Positions 25,851 through 37,300 of a stretch of DNA of 64,000 nt are shown here, in pieces. The stretch spans positions 34,908,001 through 34,972,000 of the forward strand of contig CM097885.1 of the NCBI GenBank assembly GCA_044892525.1. The letters are read 5' to 3'. Positions within the stretch are counted from its first letter, which is position 1. Each line of letters begins with the position of its first letter. The position numbers were made by a program, and so were the translations under genes. The notes under the pieces are model-generated. The model ran no database searches. It saw only the letters and a list, made by a program, of their open reading frames with translations, and was not told the DNA's origin. Source of the stretch: Schmidtea polychroa (Eukaryota).

Positions 25851-26997
25851 ACATCAATAAGATATTATATGTAACAACAATGCTGATGTTAATAACAATT
25901 ACGAGCGGCAAAAGGATTGACTTGCCATATGCAGTAAACAAAATCCAGGGAATGGAGAAAATACATATGTATTCCACTCTAACAAATATTGTGTGGAGCT
26001 GTAAATGCGAGATCGCAAACCAAATAGAAATTATTAATTTACTAGACAATACGACACCAGTGGTAGAACTGAATTATGATAAAGATGTATTTGCGGCACG
26101 AAAGTTAAAGCGAAATTTCAAATACCAATGGCTGTTGAGACAGAACATGTCAAAGTGGTACACGCAAATTCCGATAGAAGTGCACACAAAAAAGATGCAA
26201 AACCTGATTGAAATAGAACCAGGGATAAATGTAATCAATATATATTGGAAGCCAGTGGACTTGGGGAAAGTGCGAATCACATTTCAAGGGTTAAGTGTCG
26301 ACACCCTTAACTCGCGAAAATCATTTGTCCAATATGAGAAATTGAGAATGAATCAAAATTATTCAATTAACGCAAACTACTACGAGAACATATGCCTCGA
26401 AAATGGAACGGTAATGAGAAACCAATGGTCACGGTTTAAGAGTGAGACCCAGTCTATCTATCTCAGAGACGAGCCAAATCGTATAACCCTGAGTGTTGGA
26501 AATGGACCGGTAACAATGTATAGAAAATCAGGAAATGATGAAAGAGTTGTTACAAAGAACACTACAAACAAAAGAACTACAAACAAAGAACCTTGACTAT
26601 ATTAGATGCCTATAATCATTTTTTTACACTTTACACTTCTGATTTAGAGACGGTATGGGAAATAACAGTTAAATATCAGCGATGGATAACCGAACCAGGC
26701 AGATGGCAAACCGTTTTCGGGGAAGTCAAGGCGATCAATGAATCGAAACGAACGTCATATACAACCACATCACCTTTCCAATTACCAACCCAAAGGACGA
26801 CAAAACCTAACACAAATAAACTAATGATGACAAATTCGGATTTGACAGTCAACTATTGTGAATATCTCATTTACATTTTAATAACAGGTTTTTTCATCTT
26901 GTCAGTAACATTCATAACCATCACTATCTTGATATGTGTGAAAGAGAGACAACTAACTATCCTTCAACCAACATCATATTCATATTACGAAACATGA
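25850..26997 (+). pseudogene. Type-I membrane (env-position) protein fused in frame to the integrase C-terminus, with a single 1-bp frameshift
   Basis: Signal-like ILYVTTMLMLITITSG, an ectodomain with N-x-S/T sites, a Thr-rich stalk and a TM segment YLIYILITGFFILSVTFITITILICV. The frames are joined by restoring one A in the tandem ACTACAAACAAA(A)GA at about 26585. Confidence 0.65.
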
Positions 26998-27184
26998 CTA
27001 TAAATTGTGATCTGCATGCTATAAATAATGTATAAATATATATTGAATTATATCGACAATGTGCATGTTTTATAAGTATCATAGGATGAGCTGTGCGATT
27101 TGTTTGATATGATTCAAGGCAAGGTGTTGATGCTTTGCGAATAAAGATTAATACATAAAACTGATTATCATTTAATTTCAGAAA

Positions 27185-27433
27185 ATGCAAGAAGCCTCGG
27201 AAATGTCGTGCAAAGAGTGCAAAACGAATACACAAGAATTAAAGCGGAAGTTTCGAAGTATGCAGGGTAGGATAACGGATTTGGAGGAAGAAAACTTCCA
27301 TCTGAAAAAGCGGTTGGATCGTATTGAGATCTTACTATTTCAGCATGAAGCGGATTTTATGATGTTTTGGATGAAGGTAGAAGAAATGTCGGAGGAATCG
27401 GAGGATGAGAGTGAACTCAATCAATTGGATTAA
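27185..27433 (+). CDS. Small accessory ORF, 82 aa: CxxC, coiled coil and acidic tail
   Basis: Intact ATG..TAA; heptad pattern ITDLEEENFHLKKRLDRIEILL; GC-richer than its flanks. Confidence 0.6.
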   Translation: MQEASEMSCKECKTNTQELKRKFRSMQGRITDLEEENFHLKKRLDRIEILLFQHEADFMMFWMKVEEMSEESEDESELNQLD

Positions 27434-27966
27434 ATAAATTATGTGAACGGACCCTGTTTTTTTCGTCCTCGGAAAATAAATAAATAAAGCAACAAATAGA
27501 TTAATTGAATAAGTAAATAAATTAACAAATAAATAAATAAGTGGAAAATAAATAAATAAAGTAACAAATAGATAAATTGAATAAATAAATAAATTAACAA
27601 AAAGAAAACAAATAAATAAATGTTAGAAATAAATGACCGCCAATTGATGAATAAAGTAATAAATAAATGACTGACTAGTAATTGACTGACTAGTAATTGA
27701 TGAATAAATTAGCATAACTGAATAACCATGGGTAACCTACTGGGGCGGGAGAATAAAATTATAACCAATATATATTAGTAAGTAAGGAATAGTTTCATAG
27801 TAGCTACAATTTCCAGTAGGAACAAAGGCTAATCACGAAGAGGAACATAATTATCCCACCCTTTCTAGCACAAATTAAGGGAGGTAGATCGATTATCCCA
27901 ATAGAAATATTATCCAAAATAAAAACAAATGTATGCTGAAAGTTTTATTCATGACTAAAATTTTTA

Positions 27967-28268
27967 TTATTCGTCATCAGAGTCCAGCAAAATAGGACTT
28001 TGGATACCGCAGTCCCATTCCTTGCGTACGTTGCAAGGTGGGCATCTCTCGAGCCTGCAGGACGTATCAACGCAGGCGAAGGTGCGCTTTAATCCCTTTC
28101 GACGCGGTGGTAAAGGGATCCTGAAAAATGAAGATAAAAACCTGTTAGCAAATCAGCCAAGTAACCATTCCACAACATCCAGATATTCAAACTTAGGTGC
28201 CGTGACAACCTAAATTAGTAATAGTTGAAAAAAAAATGAAATAAAGACTATGTAAAAGTCCGTACCAT
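27967..28268 (-). CDS. Predicted spliced 66-aa Cys-rich micro-protein (exons 28266-28268, 28166-28209, 27967-28120)
   Basis: GCC ATG followed by a 56-bp GT..AG intron, then a 45-bp intron with a GCTAAC branch point; phases are consistent. Product MVVTAPKFEYLDVVEWIPLPPRRKGLKRTFACVDTSCRLERCPPCNVRKEWDCGIQSPILLDSDDE*. Confidence 0.6.
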
Positions 28269-28769
28269 GGCGCCCTCGATAAATAGTTAGGGCAGAGAAA
28301 TAGTTGATCCTTAAGAATTACGTAATAAATACTAGTGAAAATACAAATAAATGAGTATAAGTACGGCTAAAATTGTTAGGAAAAATGCAAGCGCAATCAG
28401 TAATAGATATAGGGTAGGTGTAATTAAAGGTTTGCTTTTATTGTGTAAATAAATGTATACAAATGGAAAATTGAAAATATATACCCCAAAACATGAGTGT
28501 ATTATAAGCAGTTACATAAACAAAATAATAAACTAAAGTTAAAAATAAATAATTTAGTTTAATAAGCAACACGAGCACTTGCAATCACCGGGGTTTGGCT
28601 ACCCTGGATAGCGATTGCAAATGTTCGGTTGCTATGAGGGAATGCAATACGAATAACTAATAATTGAGGACAGCATGGTAAAAATCAAAAAAATCACTTA
28701 AGTCCATACTATTGAAATATAATGTTACTGAAAGACAAAAAAAAATAAGACAAAAATAAAATATAAAAA

Positions 28770-29120
28770 TCTTACTTGAAGATTGAAAAGGCAAAACTAA
28801 TGAGAAGCGGTAATAAAGAAACTTATATAGGGCGCTTATCAGTAATATAATCTAAACTGGGGACATTAGAAAAACCCAGGGAAATTAATTATAAAGCTTA
28901 TCAGTACGGGGTACGTTAATAAACCGCAGGGTAATTAAATATTCCATCTAGATATCCGGAATATTAATGATCATCTCAACTTTATAAGACGGAAAGATAA
29001 AAGTGGCATATGGACTTCTGAAATACCGACAAAAAAAAAGATTGTTGATACCGCTAGCGCTTATCAAGTTGAGAAAATAAAGAGATATAGGAGCCCTGGG
29101 AATCGGTCGGTATGATAAGG
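28770..29120 (-). promoter_or_regulatory. Putative antisense promoter: TATA box, first donor site and GATA-motif cluster
   Basis: TATATAAG at 28822-28829 (minus), donor CAA|GTAAGA at about 28775, and at least five WGATAA motifs between 28835 and 29120. Confidence 0.5.
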
Positions 29121-29289
29121 GACGTAATCAATAAATTAGAATTAGAAAAGTATGAGAGTAGGTAGATAGTGGCCTACGGGAACAATTACCCCCCCGGGGG
29201 GGGGGGGGTTGTTCCCGAATTTTTATTACGCAATTGTTCCCAAATCATTTTTTTGCTTTCAGGGAATTTTAGTCCAAATTTTTTTTTAT

Positions 29290-30000
29290 CACACTATAGT
29301 GAGGGGGTCTCGATGGTCCTGGGATTTTCAATACAAAAAATTTTTTTCAATACAAAAATCCGACTACCACTCAAAAAGCACAGAATTTTCAGACTATAGT
29401 GCGGGGATCTCGATGGTCCTGGGATTTTCAATACAAAAATCCGACTACCACTAAAAAAGCATAGATTTTTTTAGGTCAATTCAGGTGGGTCTCCTTGGTC
29501 CTGGGATTTTCAATACAAAAAAAATTTTTCAATACAAAAAGCTGGTCTACACTAAAAAAGCATGGTAATTTAAGGTCTCAGGATATTTTCAATACAAATA
29601 GGTGGTCTACACTAAAAAAGCCAAGGATTTTTCGAATTAAATTAAGGTGGGTCTCCTTGGTCCTGAGAAAAAGGTGGTCTACACTAAAAAACGTGGTAAA
29701 TTTTTGAATTACAGTAAATTATGGGTCTAAAAAATTAAATTACAGTAAATAATGGTCCAAATTTTTAAATTAAAGTAAATTCTGGTTCTAAAAATCAAAT
29801 TACAGTAAATTATGGCTCAAATTTTTGAATTACAGTAAATTATGGCCAAAATTTTTGAATTACAATAAATTATGGTCCAAAAATTTAAATTAAAGTAAAT
29901 TATGGTTCTAAAAATTGAATTAAAGTAAATTATGGTCCAAATTTTTAAATTAAAGTAAATAATGGTTCTTAAAAGTTAAATAAAAGTAAATTATGGGTAA
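29290..30000 (+). repeat. Subterminal tandem arrays (GGTCCTGGGATTTTCAATACAAAAA units, then about 30-bp AAATTACAGTAAATTATGG units); mirrored at about 38400-39130
   Basis: Directly visible. The right arm has one extra 30-bp unit. A related 30-bp array occurs at about 47150-47350. Confidence 0.9.
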
Positions 30001-30116
30001 AAAATTTGATTCTAATTTACAAAACATTCTTCTTTTAAATGATAACTACTGACTTATTATTGCAATGTAAAAATCGTATTCAATAAATACTTATTGTTGA
30101 TCAGTTTTATTATATA

Positions 30117-33100
30117 TACTCTGAGTTTATCCGACAGGATGTTTTGACCCCCTAAGGGTAAAGGTCGTAAGGGTACTGGTCGTAAGGGTACTGGTCGTAA
30201 GGGTATTAGTCGTAAGGGTACTGGTCGTAAAGGTACTAGTCGTAGGGGTATTGATCACTCTCAATCCCCACCTACTCATTAATTAGCTACCATGTACTAA
30301 CCACTAGGTTTCAAACAACTAAATAATAAACACTTACAACCATGTACTAACAACCACCATCAAAACCCATCGAGAAATTAACAAATATCAACCTACAACT
30401 AGATACTTACAACCAGATACCCGCTACCAAGTACTTACAACAAGATACCAAGTACCAACAATCAACTAACCACACATAAAAATAATAGCAATTAAATACA
30501 AAATATTCTTCATCACATACAATATCTTCTTATCAAAATCTAAAAAGTCAATCAGATACCAACTACCAAGTACCAAGTACTAACAACCAACTACCTAGAA
30601 CCAACAACTATGTACTAACAAATTGATCTTTAAAAGAAAAATACTCATCACTTGAAAAATTAGATGGAAAATTAATTGAACTCAAGGCATCAATAACTAG
30701 GTAAAAATTGATTAAATTATTGTAAAAATTTAAAATATTCGAAATAATATCATAAAAATTTAATTAATGGACAGGAAAAAATTCTAATCATCAAGTAAAT
30801 AAAAAAAATATTGATCATTCAAGTTGAATCAACTAAGATAATAAATTAATAAGATAAGATCTAGTAGATAATTGATTTAGATTAAATAAATTAATTGAAA
30901 TAAAATTAATTTTAAGTATTTTTTTAAAAGTAATACATGTACTCAAATTGATTGACTGATTTCTCAATATATTCAAAAAATCAGTATAAATTCATTACAA
31001 TTATCAAAGTCAGCAATCTACAATAAAAATAATTATCATTAAATTCCAAAAGAGACTAGATAACTAATGATAACATCTAACAAACCAGTAAATTCATTCA
31101 AATGACAATAATTGGTATATCCAAGTGAATTCTCCAATAAAATCATCTAAAAAGCATCAAATTTCCCTGAAATATCTATATCTTTTAAGATTAGTATCTT
31201 ATCGATAAATACTTGTTAAAGATCATATATTCACCTCAAACTAACAAGATTCCTTAAAATCCCCTTAAATGACTATATTTCTATCCTTAATTCATATTAT
31301 TACAAATATCATCTAAAAAGCATCAAATTTCATTGAAATAACACTATCTTTAAAGATTGATATTTTAATGATAAGTACCCTTAAAAGACTATATATTCAC
31401 CTCAAACTAACAAGATTCCTTAAAATCTCTTAAATGACTATATTTCTACCCTTAATCCATATTATTACAAATATTTCACTAAAATCATCTAAAAAGCATC
31501 AAATTTCCCTGAAATATCTCTATCTTTAAAGATTAGTATTTTATCGATAAATATCCTTAAAAGGTTATATATTTACCTCAGACTAATAAGATTGCTTAAA
31601 ATCCCCTTTAAATGACTTTAATTCCTATTATCACGAATATTATAAAACATGTAAAATAATTTGGTCATTAACCCTAAATAATTGATAAAATCTAATGATA
31701 AAACCGGTTATAATTAACTTTTTGTTAATCACTGTACTCGAAATTTAAAATAAATATAACTGACTAGGTCCCATTGAAAGATTAAATTTATCCATTCAAT
31801 AAAATATATTTCTTCAAATGATCATTTTACCAATATTCAACCGATTTAATTACTAATTAAAATCAAGATTCCTTCCAATAAAGATCAATTTTATTTAGTC
31901 AATGTTTTAAGTCCATATTTCTCAACTTTTGTCGTTGTCCGTCTAAATAAAGATAAAAATAATTTAAAGTTGATATCAATCCCAATTATCTGTAAAGTTT
32001 TCATTGTCAAAACCAAGTAAATCGATCATTATCCCTACTTAATAAAACATAAGTCTAAATTAATATACAATGAATTAATCACAACCTAATAAAACGATAT
32101 AATTATTATTGATACATAACTGACTAATTGACATTTCCCTTAAAACAATGATATTTTACCAACATCACCATTAAAAAAATCATATATTCCCATCTTAACC
32201 CATGTCTCATTAAATTTAACCGACTATATTCCCATCTTAACCCATCCTTCATTAAATTCAATCGACTATATCTCCCTTACAATGATATATTCCCACCTTA
32301 TCTGATCTCTCATTAAATCTAACCGACTATATCCCCTCAAAAGATCATATATTCCCATCTTAACCCATCCCTCATTAAATTTAACCAACAATATCCCATC
32401 TTAACCGATCTCTCACCAAATATTTCTACCCCTTTAAACATCTAACCAATTATATTCTACCCACTTGAATCCTCCTTTAATTCAATTCAGTCTTAAAATC
32501 TTTAAAGAACTTCAAAAATATGACTTAATTGTTATAGACACCAAATATTCTTCCATTGAAATAATTTAGTAGCTATGTAGTAAGAGTTCACTAAAAGATC
32601 AAAAATCAATATTTTCTACAAATATTTACCATCAAATACTGGAGATGATATATATTGATTGATCATAATTCTTCATCGATTCAGCCAATCATTTTCAAGC
32701 AATAACAGCAAACTAAATTTCTTTATATCCTACAATAATTATCACGTAAATTTAAAGTCCCTGATAAAGTTAACTGGTTTCTTAGCTTATGTTTTTAAAG
32801 TTCATCAATGAGTAAATATTCTTGGAAAATTATTGAAAAAAATTATCTAGTCAAATATATTACAAAGTTATCATCAAAAATTTATTCTATCACTTAATTA
32901 TTAACCTAATTGTCAATGAAATTAATTTTTATTTAAAAACTATTCAATAAAATACCACTAATTATCAAGAAATTAACTAAATTTATCAATTAAATTTATC
33001 ACCATTAAAACTTTTAATCAGTCAACATGAAATTCTTAGAAAATTATTCAATATCCTCATCAAAATTTATCCTATCACTTGATTATTGTACAAACTTAAC

Positions 33101-33535
33101 CTCATTAAAAATAAATTTTTATTTAAAATTAAAAACCAATCAATAAAAATACATTCAATTATCAAGAAATTAATTAAATTTACCTTAGAATTAGCATTAA
33201 ATTACAGATATTCACAAAAAATTACGGAAATTCATGAAAATAATGGACATTCACAAAATTCATAAAAATTCACAAAAATGATAGAAATTCACAAGAATGA
33301 TAAAAATCCACAAAAAATTCATAAAAATTCACAAAAATGTTAGAAATTTACTTGAATAAAACCATCAACTCTAAAAATTATCAATACCTTAAACACATTT
33401 GCCTAAATAATCATTCAAATAAAAGCATTAAATACCTTTACGACTAATACCCTTGCGACATGTTGAATGTGAGTAGTACCCTTGTGAGCAATACCCATAG
33501 GGGGACAGAATATTTTGTCGGATAAACTCAGAGTA
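30117..33535. mobile_element. Nested TIR-bounded segment inside the left arm (mirror copy at 35763-38280)
   Basis: TACTCTGAGTTTATCCGACA...TGTCGGATAAACTCAGAGTA inverted ends in a TA context. Contains 15-bp (GGTCGTAAGGGTACT), about 180-bp and about 45-bp internal tandem repeats. Confidence 0.65.
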
Positions 33536-34237
33536 TATATTAATTAACTCATTCAAATTTTTCATTGAATTAGTCAAATTATCATAAATTTCGATAAAAA
33601 TTCTAAAGGGGTAAGCAATGAAAAGACAATTATTCTTTAAACTTTGATAAAATTAACAATGAAGGTGGTAAGAATCTTCATTAAAGTGAGGAAATTACTC
33701 GATGATAAATTCAAATGGGTGAAAATAATTGGTAGAATAATCCATTAATGGAGGTAGATAATGAGAAGTAGTATAGATAAGATGAAGGTTGATAAGAATG
33801 GAAGTATATTAATTGAATTTATTTAAAATTATTTCATAAAATTCATAAATTTAATAAAAAAAAACAAATATTTGTGGGGATGTTTTAAGTGAATAATTAA
33901 TAAAAATCGGCGGAATATAATTGATTAAATATCGGGGGGTGGGGGTTATAAGTGAATAATTAATGGAAAATCGGGGGGATAATAGTGATAATAATTAGTG
34001 GAAAATAGAGAATCGGAGGAATATAAGTGAGGAGGATATATAATTTAAACTAGTTTATTACATAACAGGCCGTAACTATTTTATTACATAACAAGCTGTG
34101 AATGGTATTTGATTAAGAAATATGGAATAGGTCATTTTTTTTAAATTTTTGACTAAAATAAATTCTAAAATAATTGCAAGTTATTACTAAAATGTTTTAA
34201 TTTACATTATGTATTTCAAAAACAATTATCATAAGAG

Positions 34238-34336
<99 letters not shown>

Positions 34337-37300
34337 CCCTTTTCATTCAAAATAAGTTAAATATTCAAATATAAGTCTTAGAAAATACTATCAAAATTAA
34401 ATTTTAAAAATATAAATTTTATAAGTTTTTCAAATTCTCGAATAATGTAAATAATAATTTAATTTTTACCGGGTATAGACTTAAACTTATTGACGGAATT
34501 ATGTAATAGAAATAAAAAGTTACTTAGGTTATTTTTTTTCAAAATTATGACTAAGTCCTTTAATATTGTAATAATAGCTTTTTATTAATAAATTTATTAT
34601 TTTACGTTAAATATTTCAAAAACAATTATCATATTATTAATTATATTACCCTTTTTAATCAAAATAAGATAACTATTCAAATAGATGATTTTTATAAATT
34701 ACAATAAAAATTAAATATTTTTACACTAAATTTAAAAATATAAATTTTATAAGTAAATGTAAATAAGAAATTAGTGTATTATCAGTTATAGACTTTTAAA
34801 ACTTATTGATTAGATATTAAAAGTTACTCTTTTTTTTTCAAAAGGTCTTTTAATATTGTATTCTATTTATTATTAAATTTACTATTTTACACTAAAATAT
34901 TTAGAAAACAATCATCATAATATTAAATATGAAACTTCAATCAAAATAAGCTAATACTCGAATATATATCTTATAAAATACAATCAAAATTAAATACTTC
35001 ACAAATTTTAAGTAAAGTTTTTTAAATTCTCAAATAAATGTTAACAAGATATTAATTTAATAATCATTATATACTTTTTAAACTTATTATTGGAATAAAA
35101 CAATAGAATGATATTGAAAATATATACAATTTTAAAATATAATTAAAATTAAATTACATACTTTAAAAATTTAGTAAAATGTTGGTAAAATACCATTCAC
35201 AGCTTGTTATGTAATAAAATAGTTACGGCCTGTTATGTAATAAACTAGTTTAAATTATATATCCTCCTCACTTATATTCCTCCGATTCTCTATTTTCCAC
35301 TAATTATTATCACTATTATCCCCCCGATTTTCCATTAATTATTCACTTATAACCCCCACCCCCCGATATTTAATCAATTATATTCCGCCGATTTTTATTA
35401 ATTATTCACTTAAAACATCCCCACAAATATTTGTTTTTTTTTATTAAATTTATGAATTTTATGAAATAATTTTAAATAAACTCAATTAATATACTTCCAT
35501 TCTTATCAACCTTCATCTTATCTATACTACATCTCATTATCTACCTCCATTAATGGATTATTCTACCAATTATTTTCACCCATTTGAATTTATCATCGAG
35601 TAATTTCCTCACTTTAATGAAGATTCTTACCACCTTCATTGTTAATTTTATCAAAGTTTAAAGAATAATTGTCTTTTCATTGCTTACCCCTTTAGAATTT
35701 TTATCGAAATTTATGATAATTTGACTAATTCAATGAAAAATTTGAATGAGTTAATTAATATATACTCTGAGTTTATCCGACAAAATATTCTGTCCCCCTA
35801 TGGGTATTGCTCACAAGGGTACTACTCACATTCAACATGTCGCAAGGGTATTAGTCGTAAAGGTATTTAATGCTTTTATTTGAATAATTATTTAGGCAAA
35901 TGTGTTTAAGGTATTGATAATTTTTAGAGTTGATGGTTTTATTCAAGTAAATTTCTAACATTTTTGTGAATTTTTATGAATTTTTTGTGGATTTTTATCA
36001 TTCTTGTGAATTTCTATCATTTTTGTGAATTTTTAAGAATTTTGTGAATGTCCATTATTTTCATGAATTTCCGTAATTTTTTGTGAATATCTGTAATTTA
36101 ATGCTAATTCTAAGGTAAATTTAATTAATTTCTTGATAAAAATTTATTTTTAATGAGGTTAAGTTTGTACAATAATCAAGTGATAGGATAAATTTTGATG
36201 AGGATATTTTTTTAATGGTGATGTTGGTAAAATATCATTGTTTTAAGGGAAATGTCAATTAGTCAGTTATGTATCAATAATAATTATATCGTTTTATTAG
36301 GTTGTGATTAATTCATTGTATATTAATTTAGACTTATGTTTTATTAAGTAGGGATAATGATCGATTTACTTGGTTTTGACAATGAAAACTTTACAGATAA
36401 TTGGGATTGATATCAACTTTAAATTATTTTTATCTTTATTTAGACGGACAACGACAAAAGTTGAGAAATATGGACTTAAAACATTGACTAAATAAAATTG
36501 ATCTTTATTGGAAGGAATCTTGATTTTAATTAGTAATTAAATCGGTTGAATATTGGTAAAATGATCATTTGAAGAAATATATTTTATTGAATGGATAAAT
36601 TTAATCTTTCAATGGGACCTAGTCAGTTATATTTATTTTAAATTTCGAGTACAGTGATTAACAAAAAGTTAATTATAACCGGTTTTATCATTAGATTTTA
36701 TCAATTATTTAGGGTTAATGACCAAATTATTTTACATGTTTTATAATATTCGTGATAATAGGAATTAAAGTCATTTAAAGGGGATTTTAAGCAATCTTAT
36801 TAGTCTGAGGTAAATATATAACCTTTTAAGGATATTTATCGATAAAATACTAATCTTTAAAGATAGAGATATTTCAGGGAAATTTGATGCTTTTTAGATG
36901 ATTTTAGTGAAATATTTGTAATAATATGGATTAAGGGTAGAAATATAGTCATTTAAGAGATTTTAAGGAATCTAGTTAGTTTGAGGTGAATATATAGTCT
37001 TTTAAGGGTACTTATCATTAAAATATCAATCTTTAAAGATAGTGTTATTTCAATGAAATTTGATGCTTTTTAGATGATTTTAGTGAAATATTTGTAATAA
37101 TATGAATTAAGGATAGAAATATAGTCATTTAAGGGGATTTTAAGGAATCTTGTTAGTTTGAGGTAAATATATGATCTTTAACAAGTATTTATCGATAAGA
37201 TACTAATCTTAAAAGATATAGATATTTCAGGGAAATTTGATGCTTTTTAGATGATTTTATTGGAGAATTCACTTGGATATACCAATTATTGTCATTTGAA

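Noticed and set aside
27950..28005. Possible hammerhead ribozyme (CTGATGA on minus; AGTCC..GGACT hairpin)
   Set aside because: No correctly placed GAAA core or closing stems; better explained as the end of the antisense exon. Similar partial cores at about 8053, 8842 and 15262 also fail.
29169..29707. ORFs at both ends of the giant palindrome (mirrored at 38740-39257)
   Set aside because: They derive from tandem subterminal repeats, mostly use non-ATG starts, and shift frame between arms.
30160..30250. CRISPR-like appearance of the short repeat arrays (also 46310-46690 and 59350-60240)
   Set aside because: Eukaryotic context, no constant repeat with unique spacers of fixed length, and no cas genes.
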